From Azolla caroliniana (lineage: Eukaryota > Plantae > Polypodiophyta): a stretch of DNA of 64,000 bases. Under the pieces are notes generated by a model, which was not told the origin of the DNA, did not search any database, and saw nothing but the letters and a program-made list of their open reading frames with translations. The DNA lies in contig JBHGNT010000072.1 in NCBI GenBank assembly GCA_043228905.1, positions 56,613-120,612 of the forward strand. Direction: 5' to 3'. Numbering within the stretch: the first letter of the stretch is position 1; each line of letters begins with the position of its first letter. Of this stretch, positions 1-13,400 are shown in pieces. Position numbers and translations under genes: made by a program.

Positions 1-984
1 GTGTAGTTTAATCCTCGATGCAAGGGTTTTCAATTTGAAAATTTCATGGCAATCCTCATTCAGTAGTGAATCACAATTGCAAATCTTTCTTCTAATACAT
101 AAAACTGATTGCATGGAGACAGAAATATGTTTTGACTATTGCAATCAACTTAGAGAGGTTTGTTTTTAAGATACAATCAATTTTTCTTTTACAATAATGT
201 TCAACCATATTACATATGGTGTAAGAGATTAAGAAGATGAAAGATATAAGTTGCAACAATGTCAAGAGGAGACCCGAAACTCTTTCACAATGTCCAACCT
301 TGTCATAGAGGGTGTTAGAGATTAAGACAATGAAAGATATAAATTGAAAGATTGTCAAGAGAATATCATTTCCCCTAGCAAAGTTCAAATCCTTGACCTT
401 ATAGTTCTAATGGTTAGATCTCACCATTCGAGCGATCTTTAGTTGTTCGTTTGATTCTCATCTCCTCTTTTCTCTTTTCAATTACTCCTTCAACCAAAAC
501 ATTAACCTATATGAAAGGGATTTAGGAATGTTTGACCCAATGTTAATATGGCACCTTGATTGTTTCTCCCACGATGTGTGACGTTGTTGTTCATGTAAAA
601 GAAAAGTGGGTTTTAATCCTTGAAATCCTACCCTTGCCAAGGCTCCGATAGCTATGATTAGTGTGTCTTAAGCAAGATGCAAAGATGGGCGATTAGTGTG
701 TCTTAAGCAAGATGCCAAGATGGAGTGCATTGCATGTGCTTTGTACCACTTGGGCATGCTAAGGTATGTCTATAATGCTTACTTAAGACCACCTTAAGCT
801 CCATCGAATTCTCAATAACATCCAATCCAACTCTCTGAACAATGTACTAATCCTCATCCGAATTTCCATTTCCCTTGCATCTCTAGTGTCTACTATGGTC
901 ATGCCCAAGCAGTGGCCTAACCATGGGTGATTGATTGGTGGTGGTTCTAACGTCTAACCTTGTTGGCTAGCAAATATGCACAGA

Positions 985-1063
985 GGGGTATTTGGATAAT
1001 TATTGAAAACCTAGGGGGTATTTTTGGTAATTAGTGAAAATGTAGGGGTATTTTGGTAAATAA
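985..1063 (+). promoter_or_regulatory. Three spaced copies of a GGGGTATTT(T)GG(T)AA-like motif upstream of the kinesin start
   Basis: aggggtatttggataa, agggggtatttttggtaa and aggggtattttggtaa recur about 30 bp apart, 190-270 bp upstream of the ATG. Regulatory role is inferred. Confidence 0.4.
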
Positions 1064-1143
1064 TTATGGAGGGTGCAAACTGGCATGCCATGCGGCAACT
1101 GCCTGAATACACAGACACACACACATACAGACGCAGAGACCTG

Positions 1144-1195
1144 AAACCCTAATTTCACACGGACAGAGAAGTACAGGAGACAGAAGAGAGAGCTC

Positions 1196-1245
<50 letters not shown>
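1144..1245 (+). promoter_or_regulatory. Telo-box (AAACCCTAA) plus (GA)n tract in the promoter/5' UTR
   Basis: aaaccctaa at 1144-1152 and about 24 GA units ending 7 nt before the ATG. Both are established plant cis-elements (TRB and BBR/BPC sites). Confidence 0.55.
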
Positions 1246-1248
<3 letters not shown>

Positions 1249-1252
1249 AGAT

Positions 1253-1489
1253 ATGGCGGCGGAAGGAGGCGCTTCCAACATTCAGATATACTTGCGAATG
1301 CGACCTATATCGGGAAACCCCGCGACTTATGAGATCGATCCCGATGAAGGTAGAGTGCAGTGGCATGTGCCCCGCCATATCTCCCTCGGCATGGTGAACC
1401 ATCAGAAGGAGCGATACGATTTCCTCTTCAACCATATCTTCGATATAGATGGCAAGCAAGAGGATGTTTTCGAGAAAGTTGCTCAGAAG
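1253..1489 (+). CDS. KIF6: KIF6-like exon 1
   Basis: ATG; IQIYLRMRP...FLFNHIFD...VFEKVAQK; donor AAG|GTTAG. Confidence 0.88.
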
Positions 1490-4400
1490 GTTAGCTGCTA
1501 CACCCATACTTTTTCTTCTGTATATATGTATGTTTATACCTATGCATATGCCTGTATATAGGTGTAGGTAATTGTATCCGTATAGCTGTATTGTGTGTTT
1601 ATACCTATGCATATGCCTTATGTATTCGTACCTATATACATGTACGTATGTAGATTTTATTTGCATGTATATAAATCGTATTATCATTCTAAAGGCCAAA
1701 TAAGTGACCCATGTGACCCAAAGATGTATGTATATAAATAGTATTATCATTCTGAAGGTCAAATAAGTGACCCATGTGACCCAAAGAACTATTTCTATGT
1801 AGTGTTTGGAGGTAATAAGGGATTTTTGATAAATCCATCAGTGCTTATTCTGTATCCAGTTTGATATTTTCTGTTGTGCCCACTAGATTCTTCTCTGTTT
1901 GGGTGATCTCTAGACATGAACTGTTAGTGATCCATTGAAATGGACGCAGAACATCTATCTTCATGCCATGTAAGTGAAACAATTGTTGCATTTGAGCATA
2001 TTAATAATAATTGCCCCCTGGTTTGTCTAGTTTTTTGGATGAATTAAGTAAATCAGTTCTCCAGTAGGCTTCCATCAGTGGGGGTGAGAGCAGCCCCAAT
2101 AGGATCAAGGCATTATTCCAATCTGTGATCAATATTCAATGGATTTGGGAGCTCTGTGAGCAAATCTACTCAAGAACGGTACTGATGTCATCAAACCAAC
2201 TTGTTGAACTTGGTAATACATTTTTGGTATCCTGAAATGCGAGAATGGTTCAAGTTGAACAACATAAGTATAAACATACTTAACCCTGTGGATTGTCCAC
2301 ATCAAAACATGACTAAGTGTAAAATAATAGATTGGTTTGAGCTGATATCATTAATTGGATAATGAGAGAGTGTGGAGGAACTCCACAACTTCTCTTGGTA
2401 GGAAGATGGCCCCATTGTAAGGCACTCTTTTCAAACACATAGCGAGCTGGATTTATTCCCAGGCTTTCTTATATGGATATACATCTGTCATGTCTGCTGC
2501 AGTGTGATAGGGAAGCACATCTGTTAGAAATTGAGATAGGCATGTATGCAGTCAAATCTATGGGATAATGTATCTTCCAATTGTCTCGTTGTGGGTGGAA
2601 TCGGAAAAACATTGTTTGCTACGGTGATATTACTGCCTTCTTGAACAAGCTTTGGCCCACTACACAAGTAAATGGAGTATGGAGGTAGTGTTTGGGACAG
2701 TTCTTGCCAGAACTGAAGATATGTAGAGAGAGGTTGAATGACAGCAACACAACCACAATAACTCATCAACAGAGGACAATCATGACTTGTTTCAGCTCCA
2801 TCACTCCTTATACCACAAGTCAATCAAGGACCAGACAAGTGGGGTCTTGATGAGGAGAATTGAAAGAGATTACAACAGAAAAGGTAATAGCAGTTTGTCA
2901 TGAACGTAGGTCATGACCATTTTAGACCGTGGCCTTGCCATCCTTATCTTTGGAAAATAAAGGTCATTATCCACATCTTGGAATGGCCCATGTTAGAGAT
3001 TTTTCGAATCCAAAAGTGTCATCTATCTACTTCTAGAATCTTAAATGCTTAGATAACTAGATTCTTTACTTACTATATTTAGTTATATTTGTTTTGGTCT
3101 ATTTTTCTTAAAGACGAGACAACATTTTAAGATGGAATCTTTTGTTTGGTGTCTTAAAATACCTCAATACAGTTCACTTTCTTTCTTTCTATTAATGTCA
3201 CAACCTGAAACAAAGCCTCTATACAATTTGGGGACACCTTTTCTCAGCTTCAAATAATGCCCCTCATAAAGAGACTGTGGCCTGCTAGAATCCTGCTAGA
3301 GATTTTGAACACAGTAATATCTGCAGATAGTGATATAGTGATGAGTGCTGTAAGGAAGAACCGTGCGATGCTCAATCTATCTGATTAGTTAGATATCTCA
3401 CAATACAAGCTTGAAGAGAGAGTAAGTTCAACCTTAAGTACTTTCTGATTGAGCCAGCAATTAGTTAACATGTCACCTTGGAAGAAATCTCCTGCTAAAG
3501 AAGAAATATCTTTTTAAGACTTGGGCTCACTAAGACCTATTTTCACACCCAAGAAGCTAAATTTCCTATAAGCAAGGAATAGGACACCCTGAAAACCCCA
3601 ATGAACTCTGACCATTTTGGTGAGAGGCAGAGATTGATGGAGAGGGAGGGAGAGAAATGAAATGTAACATTGAGGTTTGGAACAAATTATTATGGAATTG
3701 TATTTTTATTTGCAGGTTGTGCTAGGAGCTTTGGATGGTTATAATGGGACGATCTTTGCTTATGGGCAGACAGGATCAGGAAAGACTTTCACAATTACTG
3801 GTGGTGCTGAAAGATACGTTGATAGAGGGATTATACCTCGAGCTATCTCCCTAATTTATAGTGAGTTGGGAAAGAGAAGTAACTATACATATACAATACA
3901 TTTCTCATATCTCGAAATCTACAATGAAACTGGGATTGATTTGCTGAATCCTGATCATGAAACAAAGGCTTTAGAAGAGTTGCCTAAGGTTCTTTTATTT
4001 CTCAATCAATCTAGTAGTAAGTTAAGGTTATGTTATTTTTCTGCCTGTCTAAATGATGACATTATCAAGCTAATTATTTAATTTTCTAGAATATAAGGAT
4101 ATACACACTCTTTCTCTTTCTCTCTCTCCCGCCATCGTAGGTGCTTCCCTCGCTTCGGAGACATTTCCATTTTGGATTACCTATGCTAGAGATCGTTCGA
4201 AGACAAAAGCTACAATATACCTACCTTAAGAATCTCACATGTGCCAAAAACCAGATTCCCTCGTTTCTTCTCTTTTCATCTGATTTACTTTTATATTTAT
4301 TGTGTAATATTTATTTTATTTTGATTTGTTCTCAACCATTTTGGCCTCTTAAAAGACGTTAATATATCTTTCTTTCTTCTTCTTCTTCTTCTTCTCCTAG

Positions 4401-7400
4401 AAGCCCTTGGTGTTCCTACATATATGCAATGGGGAGTCTATGCACTCTATGAATCCATGTCAGGAGAAGTGCGGTCTCCCAAGGGCTTGTCAAAGGATGT
4501 GGCTAGTAGAATTGGAGTGAAGCAAGGATGCCCACTATCCCCCACTCTCTTCGGTCTCTATATAGATGAGGTATCACATTACATAGAGAGATTCGGGGGT
4601 TCCAGAGCATGCCTAGCAGGTATAGCTATACAAATATTACTATATGCTGATGACATTGTGCTGATTTCTGACTCTCCGGAGGGACTACAAAGGCATCTAA
4701 ATGCCTTAAAACTATTTTGTACGGACAAAGGTTTGTCAATCAACATGGACAAAACTAAAGTGATGGTGTTTAACACCACTCAAGCATGGGTAACAAGATC
4801 AGAACCAGAATTCTTCTTGGGAGAGGAAAAGGTGGAATACACACACTCCTACACATACCTAGGAGTAACATTTACAGGACCTAGGTTCTCCTTACAGGAG
4901 GCTGCTTGTGCCCGACTTTCTCGTGGATATGCAGCCCTTGGTGCTCTCGAGAGACAATGTGCACATTTGCAGTTCCAAGAGCCACGGATTAAGCTATGGT
5001 TATTTGATACACTTGTCACACCAACTCTTCTCTATGGAGTAGAAACATGGGGACTAAGTCTTAACAAGGCAAATCATTGGAAAGATTTAGAGAGACCTTT
5101 AATGTCAATGATTGCTCGCATGATAAGGAGCAAAGCATCGGTGCCCCACGATATAATCCGGGCAGAGATGGGAGCAGCACCTATAATAACCGAGGCATTG
5201 TTCCGATCAGTGAAATTTATCCAACGTCTTTGGGAGTTCCCTAAACGAAGGTACCCAAGGTTGGCACTTATGTCATCAAGACAACTGGCTGAAAATGGAG
5301 ACACTCATTGTTGGTATGCTGAAATGCAGCAATGGTTCGAGTCATATGGCATGAGGATAAATGCACTACCCCTGTTCGAATATAGCTTGGATTTTCCCCA
5401 CCTAAATATGACCAAAGTGGAAAAGAATAGAGTGATCCGAACTGATAGTATTAACTTGGAAAACAAGATAACATGGATCAGCCCCAAAATACCACTTGGT
5501 ACAAAGATGGCCCACTATAAGACACACTTCTTACATACATCGGCGGATGGATTCGTCATGAGGCCACCTTATATGGACATACATCTATCCTATGCGCTGC
5601 GTAGTGTGATAGGGCAGCTGCAAACTTCATCACATCAACTACAGATTGAGGTAGGAAGATATACACGACTACCTCTAGAAGAGAGAATTTGCCAATTGTG
5701 TCATCAAGGAGTGGAATCTGAGGAACACTATGTTTGTCATTGTAGTGTCTTTTATGAAACCAGAGGGAGATACCATTGCCTCTTTAAACAAGGCTTTGGC
5801 CCACTACGCAAGGCAATGGAATATGAGGACCAACGATGCCTAGGACTTTTCTTGCTAGAGCTCAAGAGACATCGGGGAAAGTTGTTGAAGAATACAACCA
5901 CACAAGCTCATCCACAAAGAACAATCATAACTTTCTTTAGCCCCATCAATCCTACTAATGCTACAAGTCCATCACGGGATACACAAATGGGCTCTAGACC
6001 AGGACATAACAAAGGGGTTACAATTGATCGGGCAATAGCAATTTTCCGTGCACGTAGGCCCCGCCCCCATGGACCATGCCCTCGACACCCTTGTCATTGA
6101 CATATAAAAGCCATTATCTCCCGCCATCGTAGGTGCTTCCCTCTCTTCGGAGACATTCCCATTCTGGATCGACCTATGCTAGAGGTCTTTCGAAGACAAA
6201 AGCTACAATATACCTAACTTGAGAATCTCACATGTGCCAAAAACCGGATTCCCTCGTTTCTTCTCTTTTCATCTTATTTACTGTGTAGTATTTATTTTAT
6301 TTTGATTTGTTCTCAAAGACAAGACAACACTCAAGATGTAATCTCTTATTTGGTCTTATAGGTCATTTTGGCCTCTTAAAAGACGTTAATATATCATTCA
6401 TTCATTCTTTCTTTCTCTCTCCCAATCCTAATGCTCAGGCTTGGGTACCTTCATTCTTGATTTCATGTTGGCTGACTGAACTTAGCTTGGTCTACATACA
6501 ACGGCCAATCTACATCCTGTTAGATAAATTGGGATAATAGACTTTTTGCAGTTTATTTTTAAGAGGTAGTTTAACTTGGATTGCTATTTTGTCTTTATTA
6601 AGAGAAATAAATTTGGGTTCATTCAGATAAGGGCATCCTTATCAGTCGTTGCTCTAGCTGTAACACTGAAGCACTCCTATGATAAAACTATGATTAAGTA
6701 TACTTCTGCTGCAAAGCTAATTTTACGTGTCAATCATAGCACTTATGATGCTGGATGGCAAAGATGGTGGCAGAGAATATATTAAAATATAACTTCACTC
6801 TAATGTCACTGAGTTTAGGGGAAAATTTGATTTTTTATTATTATAATTTAAATGGAAAGCCTTTCTGGCTCATAGATCTTTATGAAAACTCCAATTTAAA
6901 GCTTAACATTTGTTTCTACGAGCTTCATGGTATTCTCTGAAATGCCAGACCATCGTAGAATGGTGTAGCAAAAGTTCTAAAGTAAAGCTTGACATTTATC
7001 TGCGACAAGCTAACACAATGCCATCATAGAGTTGTGTGTCAAAAGCTCTAATTTAAAGCTCAACTTCTAGTTTCTATGAGCTTCATGATATTGGCTTAGA
7101 TGCAACAACATTGTAGAATTGTGTGTTACAAGTTCTAGAAGCTAGTAAAAACAAGGCTGTTAAGATTTTAATTCAGTTACTGTTTGTGAATGGTTTAAAC
7201 ACTTGATATCTTGAATAAATGTATCTAAGCATCTATGCCATTTTATGAGATATTGAATCACCCAAATTTATAACTTCTTTTGATGGATTATTCTTAGGCC
7301 AATTATATACTTTCTGAAATTTCTGTAGGTGGTGCTTCTTGAAGATGATGAAAATGTGATTCACATGCGGAATTTATCATCACATCTTGCAACGTAGGTG

Positions 7401-10400
7401 GGTTCTCTTCTTTGAGTTATGCTTCTATTTGTTGTAAAACTTGTAAATAAATGACTGTACATCTGCATACTTGCCAAACTACAGTCATTACTAGAGACTT
7501 CAGCAGGTGACCGAATATTTTCCAAGATTCAGATGCTACTTTGTTTATCACATCCTGATGATAGTTTGGCCAGTTGGATTACTTCATCATGAGATGGGTG
7601 TAACATTGTTTTGTTATTTGGAAAGATGGTACTATGTTTTCCATCTTCTTATCTTGTCTGACTGTCATGGTTTCTTCCTCCCAGATTGTTGTGTCAGATT
7701 ATCTTTGGGCTTTCATAAACAGGTCATTTACGTCCTTCCCAAATTTATATTTGCATAGGACACTTCAACAAGACTTGGTCTTCTACCCATCCTTTCTTTG
7801 TCCCTTCATGACCACTAATAACAAGAGTATATAAATTATTATTGGCTTTAAGTCTCTTTCCATCTATTGTAAACTACATTTTCAAATTAGTGTACTAAAA
7901 AATGTATTTTTTTTTGTAATCTGGATATAATATGTTACATGAACAAACTATTAGTATACTAAAGTTCTAACTCGTAACAGAGTCATTCTTATTGTAACTC
8001 ACAGGGACTATGTTTGTTTGCAAAACGAAATCTTCTTATATTTGAGTTGCATATCTAAACGATGGTTGGCGTCTGCATTTGGATTATAAGTATTATTGTT
8101 TGCATTTGCAAGATGAAGCTGCATTGCAATCCTTGATGGAAATATTAACAATGGAAAGGACATGGTCTTCTGAGGCTCTGCAATTTGTTATTTGTTATTC
8201 TTGGCAGCCTTATTCATGGCTGTGACCATGTCAATAAGGCACGATTTGATGTCTGTTATTAACATATGTAGTGCTTCCACATTCTATCTCTTCGTTCACT
8301 TGTGTGTTTTGTGCCTACCTTGAAGAAAAATTTTCTTTTGTCTTCTGTGTTTTACTGCAAGAATCTCAAGTTTGGATTGATAGGCGACGCCATGTATTTT
8401 ACTCTAGGCACATACTTATGCACACTCTCATCAGATCCTTGAGTTCAAAGGGTCTTGTCCCCATTTTGAGGAGCATTGCTGTCTTGATCCCAAGATAGCA
8501 ATATCTTTTGTGATTTCTCAATATTGTTCCATCTAGAAAGGGATATACTTTTCTCAATATTGTTTCACAAAGGTAGCAAGATTTGGTAATTTCTCTGCCA
8601 TCTTTCATGCTTGCATTTGAATTCAAAGATGTGGTAACTTACCGAATTCACTTTCAACAGAAGTTCTATGCATGTTTCTCAATTATGCTTGGTGGGAACC
8701 TCAATCCCTAAGAGATTTGAAAGAGATCATAGAGACTGCATGCAGGGAAAATAGATTTTTTTATCATCTAGATGATTGTATGCATTGTTGTCCCATCAAT
8801 TAAGCTAGATTATGGTAATCACCTGAATATATTGGCCGTTCTCAAATCATCTCAAATCTTGATTTACATAAGCAAAATGACTGTGATGGGGATGATTAGT
8901 GTGACCATTTATTTTATGTTTGGCTATTATCTTCATGTGAATAATTTCTATAGGTACTGTAATTATTATATCTTATATCCATGTCACTTTGGTTCTCATA
9001 TTTTGCAGGAATGAAGAGGAGGCCTTAAATTTGCTTTTTTTAGGTGACACAAACAGGATGATAAGTTCTACGCCAATGAACATGGCAAGTAGTAGGTCTC
9101 ATTGCATTTTCACAGCAAATGTAGAAGCTCGAAAGGTTGGTGAAGACACCGTGCGCAAATCTAAGCTTCACCTTGTGGATCTTGCTGGATCGGAGCGTGT
9201 TAGCAAAACAGGAGTTGATGGTCAGGTACATCTATTTTGATTTAAATAAAAGGATTAACTATTCTATTTGGTTTTGAAGTTGAAATCATGGCATATATGA
9301 ATAGTAAGTTCAAAGTTTATTCCTATTAGGAGCTCTAAAAGAAGTTTTTTACTACTTTTAAACAGATTTTGAGGGAAGCCAAATACATCAACCTGTCCTT
9401 ACATTTTCTGGAGCAGGTTACATAAAACCTTTAATTTTGTGAGTATCTGTATGTATGTGTGCCTCAAATACATATGCATGTAAAATTGTATTTGGATGAT
9501 TGAAACATGTGCATGTATAAATTGTTATAGCGTTGTGGATGCTATACTATGTTGACACCTGATTTATCTTCAGGTTATTGTTGCCCTTCAAGAAAGAAGT
9601 CAAGGGAAAGTACGTAATCACATACCCTATAGGAACTCCATGATGACCTCGGTTCTCCGCGATTCAATAGGCGGAAATTGTCAAACGGTGAGGCACACTT
9701 CAGAATGAATTCAAATCCTGACATGAATTGCGCTTTCTTTGTCCAGTTCAGTTCATAATGATTATTTTGGAAGCTATTTCAATATTATGGTCTTATTGAT
9801 ACATATACAGTACCTTAGTTGACATGCATGTGTTATGATTCACGATTAATGTTTCCCTCGAAAAGCTGGATCAGTCATTAATATTGCATTCACACATCTA
9901 TAGAGGAAGCATTAATCCCCAAATTTGAAACATATATAACATCAGTAAGTATCTCGAAGGGGAATCAAACATGAACACAGGTACCACACCAGTAATACAA
10001 AGGTATCTTGTGGAGGGGCCTACTGTAATGGCATCTAATGCAATGGCATTAGGCAAGACAAACAGCCTGATTTACCTGGTAAATAGGATCATGTGTACAT
10101 GAGATTTTACAGTGTCAAGTGGCTTCCTAGCAAGAATTGATAAGATTCATGAATTATTGATAAAGAGAGTTAAAAGGTCAGTATCTTCTGGAGGGATTGA
10201 CTGTAATGGCATTAGGGAAGGCAAACAGGTTGATGTACCTAATTATTAGGATCACGCGTACATGAGCTTTTACAGTGTCAAGTGGCTTCCTAGCAATAAT
10301 TGATTAGTTATCTGACCAGATATAGATTCTTGGTGTGATTTCCTGCACATTAAACAATAAATGTCCATCACATTATTTGATGTGCTCAACTTTTTAATAT

Positions 10401-13400
10401 CGAAGAATTTGTTTGGCAAAAGATCATGAATACTTGCCCTTGTTGTAGCATATGGGCTAGTAGTTAATCACCCTTGAAATTACAGGTTCATATCGCTCAT
10501 GCTAGACAGTTGATGGATACAATAATGTAGTATACCTATTTTGGGGTCATATATTTCACTAGATGACCTTACCGATTGCATTCAAGAAACAGAAGTTAGC
10601 AGCAGGTGCATTGTAAGTGATGGTCACTGGGCATAATCCTGTACAACATTATTTGAGAACAACGGCAGCATGAAAAGACAGCCTCAAATGATAGCTGAAA
10701 ATGATAAAGATTAAGTGGTGCTAATCACGAGTAAGGTTAATGATGCTCGAAAGCAGGATATATTAATGTCTTTTAAAAGTCCAAAATGGCCTATAGGACT
10801 GAACAAGAATTACATCTTAAAATGTTGTCTTTCCTTTGAGATCAACAAACCAGAATAAATATTAGTAAACATAGATTACTGAAGACTCTAGTGCTATGAT
10901 TCTGAAATTAGATAGACTGAAAGTTCTACCTTAGAAATTCTCCAATATGGGCCACTCCAATATGGGGAGATCTCCGAAGCAAGAGAAACACCTTTGATGC
11001 TGGATGATAATAGTCTTTATTTTCCAATGATAAGGGTGTGGGGGCTGTGGTCTAGATGGCCATGGCCTACATGCACTACACATTGCTGTTGCCTGATCAA
11101 TTGTCGTCACTTGTGAGTATCTTGGTTGAGATCCCGCTTGTGTAGCCCTTGATTGATTTTTAGCATTAGGAATGATGGGACTAAAGAAAGTTGTGATGGT
11201 TCTTTATTGATGAGCTGTTGTGGTTTTATTATTACCTTCCAACTTCTCTCTTAAGTATTGTTACCTTTCAAAGATGTAATCTCTTGTTTGGTCTTAAGGC
11301 CATTTTGGTGTCTCAAAAGTCATTAGTATATCTTTCTGTCTAGAATTGTAACAAGAAAAGTCCCAAGTATTGCTTGTCCTAAGAACTATAGAGGAGAAAA
11401 CAGATATGAAAGATTCGGAAGGGAAGGGGTAGGGGTGTATAGATTTTGGCATTCCCTAGTTCTCCTCATTTCACGATCTCTACTTTTCTGTTCTGTCTCT
11501 CTTGCCTCCATTGTATCTGTCTTTTCATTATCAAAACAGAAAGGTAATAGTTCTATATAGCAACAATTTATTCAGTCACAATAGTGGGTCTCTTGAAAAA
11601 TCTTTGATCCTATTTATGCAGGTTATGCTTGCAACTGTATCCATTGCGCAAGATCAGTTGGAAGAAACAATTTCGACATGTAGGTTTGCTCAACGGGTTG
11701 CGACAATTTCCAACCAGGTATGAAAGATAATGATGTATGTTGTATGAGGCCACTCTTCATTTCTCCAGATATAAACTTTGGAATTTGAATGTGCATTCAG
11801 GTTCTGTTAAATGAGGAGATCGATCCAAACCTTGTTATAAAAAGGCTTAAGCAGGAGGTCAAAGATCTTAAGGTATTTATGATGTTGCTACTGCTTGCAA
11901 GAACACTGTTTTCTTTTTACTTCTGCAGTGCAATAGGCTTAGACAAGCTGTCCTAATTCAACAATCTTGCTGTTAGACAAGCTAAGGCAATAAATCCATT
12001 TGTGAAGCATATCAGAGTCTTTCCTTTTCTTCTTTGAGAGGGTTTTAGTGTCTCAGGCTTCAACCTATTCTGTAGTTGCTTTTGTAGCATAAGCTCCTGT
12101 TTTTTACTCAAGGTTTCTGGACTTGATGTGTAGTTGTTTCCACTGTAATCTCGAAGGACATGGTGTACATAGTATCAGTGATATAACCTAGACTTGGTGA
12201 CATATCCCAGCTTGGGGACATCTTTGACGGTTACTTTTCGGGCTGCTCAACCTCTTTTGCTGCTGCTAAAGACATTAGCCAGTTAAAAAGTTAAAATGTC
12301 TGGATATCTGTTAGTTCAATGGTCTTTATATGTAACTGAAGTGACCCAAAGTCTCTATTTCTTTCTTGAGATAGATAGGTAGATAGATTTTGTTATTGTC
12401 TCAGAGGTCAAATAGGGCCTATGGAACCAAAAGTGAATGCATTTACATATGTGGAATTGAGTAGTGATTCTTGATATTCAAGATTTTTTTTACCAATAAA
12501 ATGTTGCAATCAAGAGTCATATTGTGATGGTGAGGATTTTGTGAAAACGAAACTTTAATTGTGGTTGAACGCAGCATATTGTATCAAAGTGTGATGCTCT
12601 GACTCCCAAATCTGTTCATGTTACCAAAGTAGTGGTGGTTGTCATTTTTAATAATTTTTAGAAGTGCCCACTCACCACCTTCTTCTATCATTACGCACCA
12701 TTTATTGGGAATTCAGAATTGGATGATGTTCTTGCCATTTGATGCATAAGCATTTCTCTTTTGTAGCTCTAAGCCAGACAGGTGAAACTACTTATCTTAT
12801 TCCTAGTTAATTGAGATTATATACCTATCATGTTTCAAGTTATTGTGTTATAACATTGTTCTCATTTGTATATAACACCATTCTAAAACTTTTCTATGTG
12901 CAATCAGGCTGAAATACAATTGCTTCGCGGAGACTCTGAGGATGATCATCCTTTAACAGAAAATGAACTGAAATCATTACAGAAGCATGTGCAAAATTAT
13001 ATTGATGATGCCTCATGTGAAGCAACATTGAATGTTGGAGGTGATATTTCTTTGCGAGCTCATGGTCATGCCGTTCTTTATTCAGTTAAAAGTCTGAAAT
13101 GGCACATCATTTATTTATGCAATTCATTCTTGATGTTGAAAGAAATATTAGCTATAAGGCCATGCATCAGACAAAATCATAAGCTTCACCTGAATATGCA
13201 AAAATGTTAAATGTTTACAAGGGGTGTGGAAAAATGGCTTAATCCTTCCAAATTTCACCCTGATATAATTATACTTCTTGTCTACAAATAAGTAGTTGTT
13301 TGCAAAGCATTGTCTGATACTCCCTGAAGAATATGATTACTCTTTGAAGATAAAAGACTTCAATAGCTTGCAAAAGAGAATTAGGCCACTCCATCTGCTA

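Noticed and set aside
195-722. Short duplications (about 200-272 versus 292-365; 35-bp pair at 656-722)
   Set aside because: Real but short and uninformative; they cannot be assigned to an element from this window.
1000-1762. Minus-strand ORFs of 93 and 232 aa
   Set aside because: They arise from GA and TATG low-complexity sequence and the antisense of exon 1.
4126-6407. LTR element or Penelope/retrozyme with pseudo-LTRs
   Set aside because: The RT is LINE-type (QGCPLSP, YADD). No TG...CA ends, no GIY-YIG domain and no hammerhead core were seen in the repeated segment.
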